From positions 37,138,001-37,202,000 of the forward strand of contig NC_082735.1 of the NCBI RefSeq assembly GCF_030144855.1: 64,000 bases of DNA. Direction: 5' to 3'. This document shows, piece after piece, positions 12,109 to 24,955 of this stretch; within the stretch, counting starts at the first letter, position 1; every line of letters starts with the position of its first letter. A program made the translations under genes and the position numbers. The notes under the pieces were generated by a model. It did not search any database, was not told the origin of the DNA, and worked only from the letters and a program-made list of their open reading frames with translations. The DNA is from Hypanus sabinus. Lineage: Eukaryota.

Positions 12109-13240
12109 CAGTGGATTCCAATTAATTGGGCTATTGTTTAATCAGGGTAGCCACTTATTTGGGGCAACTCTTAAAGAACAAAAGCTAATCAAGAAAATAG
12201 CCAGGATTCCCTTTCTTTATTTGGGATACAATGTCACTTAATTGGGACAGGAGAGGGTTGCTGAACAGTTTTAACTAGCATCAAATGCCTGCACTTACAA
12301 CATACTGAGAGTGAACAGTTTTTAAATAGTGTCTGTTTCATGCGCTTGTGTTCAAAAAACAGCGATCGGTGTCACTGATAGTTGATGCGAAATAAGCAGA
12401 AAGACAATTCAGAACCATTTTACTCATTGTGTGTTTTCAGGCGTTCTGGCTTGGAGATGCCAGAAATGGCTGGGAATGAAAATGAAGCGATTTTACTACC
12501 TCAACAAGTTGGAATTTGAAGGTTGCTTGAATGTTGTAATGAAATTGAAGATTTGGAGGATGCAGTCGTCAATACCATTGTATGAAGGAAGTCCATTATC
12601 TGTACTATATGTCTGCGCCGATTTTGTTCATTCCATACACTGGATGAATTCCTCTGTCTATAACTAGTGGAACTAATACAGAGTTTTATATCTGAAATTT
12701 CAGAAGGAGAAGCTAAAGTCAAATGTATAGGTATTACAGTATAGTAAAGGGAATCACAGAGGCATGGGAGAGGAGTTGGCCAGAATTGATTGGAAAAGAA
12801 CACTGGCAGGGATGATGGCACAGCAGCAACAGCTGGAGTTTCCAGAAGCAGTTCGGAAGGCACAAGATAATTTCATCCAAAGTGAAAGAAGTATTCTTGA
12901 CTGGTTAGGGCATGAAGGGACACGAGGAGAAGGCAGGAGATTGGAGCCGAGAGGAATATTGGATGAGCCATGATGAAATGGCAGAGAAGACTCAAAGGGC
13001 CAAATGGAGTAATTCTGCTCCTATACTTTATGATCTTGAAAGTACTGTAATAGTATCGATAGTGCTCCAATTTGTTCTGTATTTCATTTAAATACATAAT
13101 ATATTGCTCAGTTAAATGGTAGTTTATCTTTTTTATACCTTTTTAACTATTTCCATGAAACATCAGTTAATTGGGGAAGCTGCTTAATTTAGGCAAAAAT
13201 ATATTGGTTCTGATGTGTCCCAATTAATCAGAATCCACTG
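12109..13240 (+). mobile_element. Second copy of the same Tigger-type element, interrupted by a CR1 fragment (about 12690-13039)
   Basis: CAGTGGATTCC...GAATCCACTG TIRs; colinear with 6256-7090. Confidence 0.8.
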
Positions 13241-14659
13241 TGTATATAACTTTACCAGCGTCTGTTGATTGCTCTTTGACTGAGCTTTTTTTTTGAGTTC
13301 AAGAGTTTCTGACATTGGTTTACAAAATTATGGGCTTAAGGAAAGGGGTGAAGGACCATGCCTCTCACAGATTTAAAGTGGCTGGCAAAAAGATCCATTG
13401 TTATATTTTTACACAGTGAATAAATGATACAAAAAGTGAAGTATTAAAGTGCAGTGGATGCAAACTGAACGGTAGTTTATGAAGGTAAAATTGAAGGTTA
13501 AAAAAATGCTGGGCTATTGGAAAGGGGCCAGGCAGTTGGACTGTCTCAACGCAACACAGAAGAGCACAGAATTAATATGCTCAATTTCCTCCTGTGCTGT
13601 AGGTACTATATAATCACAATTTTCTATCATGCTGTGTGCTAATTAACTATCACATTTGTCTTATAGCTCCAATGCCTTTATTCCAGAAGTATTTCATTGA
13701 CCTCACAGGGTTTAGCATATTTTGGGAGATGTTCATGTAAATGTGTTTCTTCTCTGCGAGTATCATGGAATTCAAATTGACCTCAGGACAGCAATCATTA
13801 GGGAAGACCGGTTGTGAGACCAGAATGATCCACAAATAGACAAACTTAGAGCGCACACCCTGTCCAAGGAAAGTATTATGGGCCTTTTCAAATTGTTTAC
13901 AGAATCAATTAAGTGTTAAGGTCATTAGGTAAGAATTAGAAAATAAATATTTGAGTCAAAGCTTCCATGACGAAGCCAAACAAACTATAACTTGCTGTTT
14001 GTTAGAATTGTTCAGTATAAACCAATTCCCCTCTATGGAAGATAGACCTTATTTGAGAAAACGCTATCAAGTTTTTAGAATTATTAGATCATTTTGCCAG
14101 TAGTGATTTTACTTTTAAGTTCCGGTAATTAATTACAATAGGTAATAGCTCTAGAAAAGATGCAAATAAGATTTACAAGTATATAATGCCAGAAATAAGG
14201 GTGGATATTTATTTCCTTTGGAAATAAGGCTGAAGATTTGACTACATAACATTTAGGGTTATATTTTTACTTCCTCCCTCATCATTCATTCCCATCAGTC
14301 TATGACTTACCAAAGCTATGTCACTAACACCTCTTTTTAGCTTTTAGCTTATAGGAATTGTACCTGTGTTTTGGAAATATTTTGAGTTTTAGAAATTGTT
14401 TGTAATCTGGAAATCATTCATACAGTAGAAATCCTTCGTGAGTTTTTAAACGTTTTTCAAGAATGTTTTCTCATTTTAAATGTGTATCACTAAAACTAAA
14501 TGAACTGTGTTTAAACTACTTCACTAACTGGAAGTATCCCCTCTCACTGCTCAAATAGTGGGTATGTGATCCAGCCTTTCAAGAGTAGGTGGCTGTAGTA
14601 TGAACTCCCTTTAGAGAGGGTACCGTAGCTATCTACATAGGACAGGACTTGACATCTTC

Positions 14660-15322
14660 AGAATCGGGTTTAATATGTGGAGAAATTTGTTGTTTTTGTT
14701 GCAGCAGTACAATGAAATACATAATAGCAAAAAACTAAATTACAGTAAATATACATGTACACACGCTAAATAGTTAAATTAAATAAGTAAAGCAAAAACA
14801 GAAATAAAATAGAGGTCGTGTTCACTGATTCAATGCCCATACAGAAGTTAGATGGCAGAGGAAAGAAGCCGTTCTTGAAACATTGAGTGTGTGCCTTCAG
14901 GCTTCTGTATCTCCTTCCTGATGGTAGCAATGAAAGAACAAGGCAAATCTGCGTGATGGTGGGGGGGGGGGGGGAGGATCCCTAATGATGGATGCTGCCT
15001 TTTTGAGACATTGATTCTTGGTGTCCTAGATACAGCAGAGTCTAGTGCCCATGATGGAGCTAAGTTTACAACTCTCTGCAGCTTATTTTGATTCTGTGCA
15101 GTAGCTCCACCCACCCCATACCAGATGGTGCTGCAGCCAGTTAGAATGCTCTCCACACTACATCTGTAGAAATTTGCGAGTGTCTTTTGTGACACATCAA
15201 ATCTCCTCAAACTCCTTATAACTGCTGTTGTGCCTTCTTTGTAGCTGCATCAATATGTTGGGTCCAGAATAGATCCTCAGACATATTGTCACCCGGAAAC
15301 TTGAAATTGCTCACTCTTTCCT
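14660..15322 (-). mobile_element. Rex1/Babar- or L2-like LINE 3' fragment
   Basis: ORF 14848..15210 (LANFYRCSVESILTGCSTIWYG) is a DUF1891-type post-RT motif. Confidence 0.75.
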
Positions 15323-16583
15323 TCTGATAAAAGTATTCCTTTGATCCCTCAAAAAGTTTGAGTTCAGAACTTCTTGGAGAGCATACCCAATACTATGACA
15401 CTACACTCATTTTTAAAAATATTCCATGGAAATTGAATATGCGATTTATTTTCATAACATAATCTCTTGCAAGGAGTGCAGCAAAGATTCACTGATACAT
15501 TACCAAGACTCCCAAGACATACTATACATCCTTTCAAGGGTTTGGTTTCCACAATGGTATGTTGTTTCACATGTGAGATACATAATATTTTTGCTTTCTC
15601 CCATATCACTCATTCTTTTTAGTCTAAGACTTGCCAAAGCTATGCCACTACCCCCTCCAACATTTCTCATTTCTAATAACTTAGAAAGAACAGGGAGAAC
15701 AGGCACACAGACACATGAATATCCGGAAATTCCTCTCCTAGCTGCATACGCAACCTGTTCCATCATTAGTGGAAATAAATCTTATACCTGTTAACAGAAT
15801 AACACTACAGGAATACTTTTGCCAGAAGGAATGCAAGCCTCAAAGATTCACTACTACTTCCACCTTCAAGAGCAAATGAAGTAGTGAATACACTGGCCTG
15901 TGAGTAGTGCCCACAGACCACATGGAACATTTTAAACACTTTAATGCTGTGCCAACTCTGGAAGACGATACAATGAGTCAAATGTGCTGATTTTTTTGCT
16001 GCATAGTTCTATGAATAACAAAGTTCAAAGTTTGAAGTACATTTATTATCAAAGTATGTATTCTTTATACAACCTTGAGATTCATTTCCTTGCAGCTACA
16101 AAAGAAACCTAATAGAACCCATCAAAACAAAAGACCATCAAACACCAAATGTGCAGAAAAAAATCAGTTATTACACCTTTCACTGACATTGCAGTCATTT
16201 GAAGTCCCTGAAATCCATATTCTTGATTGAATCAAAGCATGTATAAATCAAAACAGGCAACTGCTGTCAAATTACCGAATGAATTACCTAGTTATCAACA
16301 GAACTAGACTTCCATCTCTCAAACTAGATACATGTATCAATGTTAACCAAAAATGATTCTTAAGTTTGTAACTTAAAATTCATTTAATCCATGATAAATA
16401 AAGCTGCAGATGCTGCAGTCTGAAATAAGAATTAAAATATGGGGAGATCTCAGCCAGCAAAGCTGCAATTGTGGAAAGAAGGGAAAAAAATAGTAAATGT
16501 TTCGATCAGGGACCCTTACTCAGAGAGTTTAGTTTTCAAAACAGAACTGGGGAGATGAGAGAGATACAAGATGAACAACTATG

Positions 16584-17224
16584 CACTCAGTAGACCCTTT
16601 ATTAGGTATCTCCTATACCTACTGAAAATGAACTGAAATGGGTCGTGTTCTTCTGCTGCTGTAGCCCAACCACTTCAAGGTTCGACATGTTGCTTGTTCA
16701 GAGATGCTCTTCTGCACACAACTATTGTAGCGCGTGGTTATTTGAGTTACTGTCACCATCCTGTCAGCTTGAACCAGTCTGGCCATTCTCCTCTGGCTTC
16801 TCTCATTAATGAAGTGTCTTCTCTCACAGAAATGCTGCTCACTGCATGTTTATTTTTTTTGCACCATTATCTGTAAACTCTAGAGCAGGAGTTGCCAACC
16901 ATTTTTATGCCATGGACCAATACCATTAAGCAAGGGCTCCATTGACCCCAGGTTGGGCACCGCTTCTCCAGAGACTGTTGTGTGTGAAAGTCCAGATCAG
17001 CTGTTCTGAGATACTCAAACCATCCTGCCTTTTACTAACAATTATTTCACAGTCACTTTGATCACTGTTCTTCCCCATTCTGATATTTTGTCTGAACAAC
17101 AACTGAACCTCTTAACCACTTCTGCATGCTTTTATGCACTGAGTTGTTGCCATGTGATTGGCTGATTAGATACTTGCATTAAAGAGCAGATGTATAGGTG
17201 AACATAATGAAGTGGATACAGAGT
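16584..17224 (-). mobile_element. Tc1-family deletion derivative (transposase N-terminal HTH region)
   Basis: CACTCAGT..TTTATTAGGTA terminus; minus strand carries remnants such as MARLVQADR..TVTQITTRYNS; second copy at 57761. Confidence 0.75.
16886..16965 (+). mobile_element. 80-bp hAT MITE with 8-bp TSD, nested in a Tc1 relic
   Basis: TSD CTCTAGAG (16878-16885) / CTCCAGAG (16966-16973); NTCTAGAN is the known Charlie-type target preference. Confidence 0.8.
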
Positions 17225-17637
17225 CAATGGAGATTGATCAAGGCACAATTCTGGCACCGTTCTGTAAGGAGTCTTCCATATATTTCCCCCGTGGAATGCA
17301 TGGGTTTTCTTTGGATCCTCTGACAGTTCAAAGTACGGGCCCATACTGGTTAATTGGTCATTGGAATTTGTCCCATAAGTAGTTTAGGGTTAATCATAGT
17401 TGTGGGGCTGCAGGAGCAGTGTGGAAGAGCCTACTCCACATTGTATTGCTAAATAAATAAACAATTTGTTATGGAGCACAAGTACTGAAGGTTGCAAAGT
17501 GCCTAGATGGAAGGTGTTGTTGCCCTAGTTTACAGTGTACCTCTCCGTGGCAGAGGAAGGCCACTGAGATCAGATGAGGAATGGGATTAAGAATTAACAT
17601 GGCATGCAAACACTGCCGCAGACTGAACCCAGAAGCT

Positions 17638-18113
17638 CCAGGAATGAAGGGTTACCGTATGAGGAATGTCTGGCAGCTCTTGGACTGTATTCCCTGAAGA
17701 TCAGCAAAATGAGAGAAGATCTCTTAGAAATATTCTGAATGTTAAAAGGTGTGAACAGATTAGATATGGCAAAGTTATTTCCTATGGTAGGGAAGTCTAG
17801 GACAAGAGGGCACGACTTCGGGATTGAAGGACGTCCATTTAGAACAGAGATGTGGAGAAATTACTTCCATGAGAGGGTGGTTCATGACAACAAATTCTGT
17901 GGAATTTGTTGTCATGAGCAGCCATGGAGCACAAGTCATTGCATGCATTTAAGGCAGAGATAGATAGGTTCCTGATTAGCCAGGGCATCAAAGGGTATGG
18001 GGAGAAGGCAGGGGAGTGGGGATGACAGGAAAAATTAGATCAGCCCGTGATTGAATGGCGGAGCAGACTCAATGGAGCAAATGGCCTTATTCTGCTCCTA
18101 TATCTTATGGTCT
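17638..18113 (+). mobile_element. CR1 3' fragment
   Basis: ORF 17739..17963 (SRTRGH...FRTEMWRNYF); tail CTCCTATATCTTATGGTCT. Confidence 0.85.
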
Positions 18114-18776
18114 GCATTTGGTTCTCCAATGCAGGGGAACTTATATTGCAAACATCAAATCAAGTTCAACTGAATCCATACTTCATCTGGAAAAATTCTA
18201 ATTAATTTTGTAGCTTGCAATTCCTGCCCTTTGCAATATGATCCAGCCACCAATGGAATCTTCTTTCTTCCCTTTCTGAATTTCATTTGGACCACTCACT
18301 TTGACTCCATAATATACTTCTGCATCCCCACCAACCAGATTCCTGGTTCACGACATCTTTCTCTGGAACTGACAGAAATGCAAGTCCAGTCCATTCGCTT
18401 CTTCACTTCTGACCATCCAGACACCCGAAGAATCATTTGACTGCAACTCCTTTTCTGACATGCATGTTTGTGGTCTCTTCCATGACCCAATGAGACTCCA
18501 TGTAAACTAGAGGAATATTGCATCTTCTAGCATTTCCAACTTACAGTAAACTGTTGTCTCATTATTACTCATCAATATCCTTACATCTTCTTCTCAATTT
18601 CTGTAAAATGTTTTCCAAATTATCAGTATACATTCCATATCACCTCATTTGTCTGAGATAACCTCCATAGTCTTGTGCTTTACAGTTTATCCTTGTCCAG
18701 CTGTTTTAAAAACTAAGCTCTCCCACATCAGAAGGGATCCTGACCCAAACAGTAACTGGTTTCTTTCTCCACAGAT

Positions 18777-18953
18777 AACTGGCCAGTGGTGTAGTGGCAT
18801 TGGCACCAGAACCAGACTTTGAAGTGAATGGTCCCAAGTTCAAATCTGGCCAGTTCCTTGCATGCTTTCCATCTGTGCTGGTTTGAACGCCAAGCCAGCA
18901 CCTCAGCCTCGTAAAAAAACAGCAAGGTGCCACCCAGTGTGGAAAGAAATACA
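18777..18953 (+). mobile_element. tRNA-derived SINE with 13-bp TSD
   Basis: A-box-like GGTGTAGTGG and B-box-like GTTCAAATC; TTTCTCCACAGAT duplicated at 18764-18776 and 18954-18966. Confidence 0.75.
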
Positions 18954-19842
18954 TTTCTCCACAGATGCTGCTTAAATGGCAAAGCTCTTCCTGCATTTTC
19001 TGGGTTTTTTTTTTGTTATTCCACTTACTTGTAGGACCCTGCTGGTATTAGCAAGTAATAGAAAATTCCCAAATCATTTGTCTTTGTAAAGTTTACACAA
19101 AGATCCACTTTTTTTTTGGGATCTGAGTTGTTAGTAGATCTTAGGCATCACATATTGATTCTATACCAATGCCAGGCCTCTTTGGTGCTTCATGGGTATC
19201 AATATGCACTATGTATTCAAATACCCAGTGCAGCTGCAGGCAACCTGCTATCCCAGAACTTGTTATACTTATCTTCCCATTCACTGATTATGCAAGTAAA
19301 TATCATGAATAAGATTATAGTCACTTCCAAACATCCAATGATGTTCAAATATATAAAATAACAATTGAGATGCAAATATTTACAGACTCTACATAGTTCA
19401 TCCCAGTTCAAAACAATTCTTCCCTATTGTTGGGTGATGATTCATGCTTAAGATCAATCTGAATACTTATCAATCCCCTCCCCAAAGTTGTCTTCAGCTA
19501 TTTCCTCATCCCTGTGGAATGCATGGGTTTTCTTCAGGTGCTCCAATTTCCTCCCACAGTCCAAAGTCATACTGGTTAGTAGGTTAATTGGGTCATTGTA
19601 ATTTGTCCTATGATTAGGCTACGGTAAAACTGGTGGGTTTCTGGGCCAGAAGGGTCTGTTCTGTATCTATAATAAAAAATAAATAAAAGTGGAAGATCAG
19701 AAAAAGAACTATATTTAACCCCTTGACTGTTTCACCACTTGGTTTGATTGTTGTTGAAATTTACCTCATTACAAGCTTTCCCTCGGTTCTAACACTAACC
19801 ATCCCCCCACCCATCACATTGACTGGACTTTTAAAACTATTA

Positions 19843-21345
19843 ACACAAGTCTGCAGATACTGGAAATCCAAAGCAACACACACAAAATGCTGGAGGAACT
19901 CAGCATCTAAGGAAATTAAACAGTCAACGTTTCTGGCCAAGACTCTTCCTCAGGACTGGGAAGAAAGGGAGAAAGCCCCAGCATAAAAATGTGTGGGGGG
20001 GGGGGTGAAGGGGGAGAAGAGAATAGCTAGGTGACAGGTGAAGCCAGGTGAGTAGCAAAAGTAAAGGCTGGAGAAGGAGGAATCTGATAGAAGACAATAG
20101 GAGAAAGGGGAAGATGACCCAGGGTGAGGTGATAGGCAGGTGAGAAGAGGTAAGAGGGTAGGCAGAAGCATATTTTTTTAAACCGGAAGATGAAATCGAC
20201 TTTCATGCCATCAGCTTGGAAGTTATCCAGGCCGAGTACAAAGTGTTGTTCCTGTACTCGGGAGGGTGGCCTTATTTTGACACAAGAGGAAGCCATGGAC
20301 TGACATGTTGGAAAAGTGATGGGAATCAGAATTAAAATGCTTGGCCACCAAGAAGTTCCACTTTTGGTCAATGGAGCAGATGAGCTCGACAAAATGGTCC
20401 TCCAAATTTTCAATGGGTCTCACCAATGTAGAGGCGGCCACATCAGGACTGAATAGACGACACCAGCACATTCACAGGTGAAGATGTACCTCACCTGGAT
20501 GGAACATTTGGGGTCCTGAAAGGTGAGGGAGGAAGATACTGGGCACTTAATCCGTTTGCAGGGAGTTTAGTAGGGATGAATGGACAAGGGAATCACGCAG
20601 GATCACGCATAATTCCTGTGGAAAATAGGGTGGGGGTGTGGTGGTGGTGGTTGGCAGTAGGATCTTTTTGGAGATGGTGGAAGTTGCAGGAAGATATGTT
20701 GGATGTGGATGCTCTTGAGGTGGTAAGACAAAAGGAACTATTACTGTTAAGGCAGCAGGAAGATGGGATGAGTGCAGTTATTTGGGAAATGGAAGTGATG
20801 CAGTTGAGTGCACGTTAATAGTGGAGGAAGGGAAACACTGTCTTTGAAGGAGAATATTTCTGACATCCTGGAACAGAATGCTGCAGATGTGGCAGAGATG
20901 AAGGAACTGCGAAAAGGGAATAGCATTTTTATAGGAACCAGGGTGACGAGGTAGTTAAGATAACTGTGGGAATCTGTAGGTTTACAAATGTGGGCCAACA
21001 GTTAGGCTGTTGGAGACAGAGAAATTGAGAAAGGGGAGGGAGGTTTCAGAAATGGACCAATTGAATTGAAGGGCAGGGTGGAAGTTAGTGGCGAATAATG
21101 AAATTGGCAAGCTCAGCATAGGTGCATGAAACAGCACCAATACAAAGTATTGAAGGAAAAGTTCAGGAGCTTTATCAGGGAAAGTTTGGAACATGTAGAC
21201 ACCAAAGAAGCAGATATAGTTGGGGTCCTTGCCTACCCTCAGTCTGCAGAAAGAGAGAGGAGCCAAAGGAAAATTTGTTGAGGGAGAGGATCAGCTGTGT
21301 CAGATAGAGAAGGCTGATGGTGGAGGGGAACTAGTTGGTTCTATT
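19843..21345 (-). mobile_element. Penelope-like retroelement relic (RT thumb, GIY-YIG region, terminal repeat)
   Basis: Remnants FATNFHPALQFNWSISETSLPFL, KPTDSHSYLNY and LVAKHFNSDSH. Its terminal sequence recurs near 22100, 54020 and 63340. Confidence 0.75.
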
Positions 21346-21577
21346 TATCCCACTGATAGCAACCAGATATTTGCCTTTTCTACTAATTGCCTTAACTCTG
21401 GTTTTCATGGCTCTATTTATTTAGTGATACAGTGGGAGGAAAAGGCACTTCATGCCACCCCACAACCTCAATAAACCCTAATTTAAGCACGGGACAATTT
21501 ACAATTACCAATCAACTTATCCAGTACATCTTTGGACTGTGGGAAGAAATTGGAGCACTTGATTCTCCACCAGCTTA

Positions 21578-22378
21578 CAGTGTCTTGAAAAGTATTCAGC
21601 CCCCACAATTATTTTCACATTTCACTCTCATTTTCTACTTTTATATTGAAGTAGGATTTTGAGCTAAACCACAAAACATTGTGCGTGTCAAATCAAAAGA
21701 AAAATAGCAAAACACGTGAATAATTTATTAATATTTAAACCCAAAATTGAAGCTAAGTATTCATTGCTTTTGTAATTGCACTTTCCAAGGGTGTAATACT
21801 GTATATTACACCTTACTGATTCACCCAATTTGTTGATGAAGAAAATTGGAGGAGTTTCTGTAGTTTGTATAGCAGATATTCAACATCTCTGGCAGGACCT
21901 CAAAATTGCTCTCCACCACCATTCCCCAACTAACCTGGCACAGCTTGAGCAATTTTGTGAGGAGGAATGGGAAAATCTTGCTCCATCATGTTGTACAAAG
22001 CTAATAAGAGACTTATCCAGAGAGACCACTGGCTGTAATAGCTGACAGAAGTGACTCAACTAATTACTGAGCAAAGGGGGTGAACATAAGAGATTCTACA
22101 GATACTAAAAATCCAAAGCAACAAGTACAAAAATGCTGGAGGAACTCAGCAGGTCAGGCAACATCTATGGAAATGAATAGATAGTCAGCATTTTGGGCTG
22201 AGACCCTTCTTACATTTGAACTGCTGAGATTTCAGTTTTTGAACTTTTGGTTTTTCATGCTTTACAATTTTCTGTTTTTTTGGGTTTGACTGCAAAAAGC
22301 ATGTGATTTATGATTAAAACTCTGCGGATTTCTGTGAAGTAAGAGTTGTAGAGGGTTGAATACTTTTACATGGCACAG
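21578..22378 (+). mobile_element. Tc1-like transposon, internally deleted
   Basis: TA|CAGTGTCTTGAAAAGTATTCAGCCC ... GGGTTGAATACTTTTACATGGCACAG|TA. ORF 21830..22045 (IQHLWQDLK...PTNLAQLEQFCEEEW) is a Tc1 transposase C-terminus. Confidence 0.8.
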
Positions 22379-22508
22379 TAAATACTTTACCCTTCCCATT
22401 CAAACTCTTATCTACCTTGTACTGTATCATTTTTTTAATACTCACAATATAATCACTTGAAAGGAGTCCAGCAAAGGTTCTCTGATGTGCCACTAGAAAT
22501 CCCAAATA

Positions 22509-22886
22509 CTGTACTGTGATGATAAACCTGATTCTGATATAGGTCTGTAGACAGTGGGAAAGGGGTAGGGAGAGAGGAATCATGGTAAGGAAAAGGGAGA
22601 GGGAAGCACCCAGAGAGACATTCTGTAATGATCAATAAATCAATTGTTTGGAATCAAATGACCTTGCCGGTGTCTCAGGGCTGGGAGTGTCTGCACCTGT
22701 ACCACCCTGGCACTCTTCCGCCAACTAACCTGCACACCTCCCACGGTACTCCACACTCACCATTTCCAAGGTCCTTTGCTCCTGCCAGATTTACAAACTT
22801 TCTCTTGACTCATGCATGTTGCCAAATACATTATTGTCCAAAAGTAAGATCTACATACATGTACCCAAGACTTTTGAACAGTAGTG
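22509..22886. mobile_element. Second, left-deleted copy of the double-hairpin element
   Basis: Core colinear with about 47325-47615 (AATTGTTTGGAATCAAATGACC..GGTGTCTCAGGGCTGGG); decayed right mini-MITE at 22829-22886. Confidence 0.7.
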
Positions 22887-24839
22887 TATATCCTTTCCAG
22901 AATGGTACATCATATTTTGGAAAGATTTGGCAACTCTTCCCACCCTTTTATTATGCTTGAACTGGGTGATACTAGATACTGATCTTTAATGTTTAAGTTA
23001 TACAAGCCAATTTGTTAACTTGCCATCAACATCCCTGTAACAAATATTTGCAGTATTTGCATAACTCATCTCAATTTGGGCAATGTGATAATGGTTAATG
23101 GCTAGCACAGACTCTCTAGCACAATTACAATGCACTGAATCTCATGGTTTCCAATTTTGCTTCAGATTTTGAATGCTGTATCTTAAATTTCAATTTTCAG
23201 TCCATTAAGACAGTTTCACCAATTAGAAATTAGTTTCACCGCGACGCTATTACACCTTGGGGTGTCAGAGTTAGACGAGTTCAATCCTGGCATCCTCTGG
23301 GCTTTCTCTGGGTCCTCAGGTTTCCTCCCACAGTGGCTTAAATAGTCACTGTTAACTGTCCTGTGAGTGGATTAGGGTTAAATCAGGGTTGTTGGGCAGT
23401 GCGACCTTAAGGCCCAACGCTAGAAAAATAGGTATAACTGGTGGAAACTGTTTGACAGACAATGGAATGCTTTACAACGATGGAAATGGAAATGACAACA
23501 ATATAAATAGGAGTAGACCATATGCCCTACCTTTAACGCATTTGCCATCAACCCTATTTTCTTTGTTCCTTGCAAATACACACAAGGCCCCATTTCAATT
23601 AATCAATATCTAGTTTATAATTTAAAAGGGAATGATTCAACTTTCAAAATAAAAACCTGTAGGTCTGGGGAATGGAATTCGAAGGTCTAGCATTGGCCCT
23701 CAGTCACTTTGCAATTTCTAATAACCCAAAATAATGGACGTCATACAGTAATGCAAAATTTAGGAAAGTGTTTTTTTTGACACTTTCTATCAGAAGTAAT
23801 AGGTAGTCGTATTCAGAAGGTTATGGCCAGCCCACTAAGCTAGTTTCACTTCTCAAAAAATGGCATTTCCCTAGACACAAATGTGAAGCTATTACAGATT
23901 GGGATCTTGGAATTCAGAGTTCAATCCCAGCATCCTCTGTACATCCTCCCTGTGCAGTGTGTGGGCTTTCTGTGGGTCCTTGGTTGATGTATTGATTCCC
24001 ATAGGTTGAGCTAAGGTCTGAAAGGACAGAATGAGAGAAATGCTCAGAGGCAGCCCCCAGATGTAACTAGAATCTGTAGTGGTGGGCGTAAACAAAGTAC
24101 TTAAAATAGTCACCATTTTCTAAAGGAGATAGTAAGACTACTGAGTAAAGGTTTGGCCAAAAAAGGATGGATTTTACAATTATTATTTGATAAGTCTACA
24201 TACCATTCCCTCTCAATATTTCTTGAAAGGAACAGTCTTTTAGCTATGATACGCTACCACATAACTTAAACAACATACAAGTGCTTCATGACCATGTGAC
24301 CTTTCCTTGAAGTCTGATTTAAACCTGATGTCTCACTGTAAGACTGCAACAGAGTTCCTGGCCTGAAGCAGGGAATTGCTGGTTGTAGGACAGTTTGATA
24401 AGATTTAAATCATGGCTGTTCTCTCCTCAGAGGGAAGAACTCATGTCCTGACCCACACTAGCTAAAGCTGAGTGACTCATGATTTCATCCAATTAGTGTT
24501 AAAGGACAACTGATTCAATGTAAACAATTGTTTCGAAGCACTCTAAAATCTAGTTTGATTTGGTGTGCAAACATAGTCAATATATTGACTATATCCCCAT
24601 AGGTTATTGTGACCTTTAAAGAGTCAGATAGCTTTCTATCCAATGTCCACACAGATACTAAAGAACAGGCAAGTGGTCTGAGCTTTCCATAATTCAAAGG
24701 AACTGGACCAGCTGTACTAATCGCCTGGTTAAGATCAGCTTATTAGAATTAAATCAATTGTCATCAAGTTCGATTTTGTACCTGTTAGCAACAGTCAGTG
24801 GAAGAGGTGAATTACAAAAATAAATGTATATTTACACAG

Positions 24840-24955
24840 GACAAAGAAATAAAAGCATTTGATTAATTTCAATCACCTTCTGTCACATGCATTTAATTGC
24901 TATATAGGAATGCTATTAATCTTTTGTTGGTTTAGTTTAAAAAATGTACATATTG
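24840..24955 (-). terminator. Candidate GMEB1 polyadenylation region (ATTAAA at 24897-24892)
   Basis: Minus strand reads UGUA, then ATTAAA, then U/GU-rich TGCTTTTATTTCTTTGTCCTGTGT, about 1 kb after the stop codon. No transcript evidence. Confidence 0.35.
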
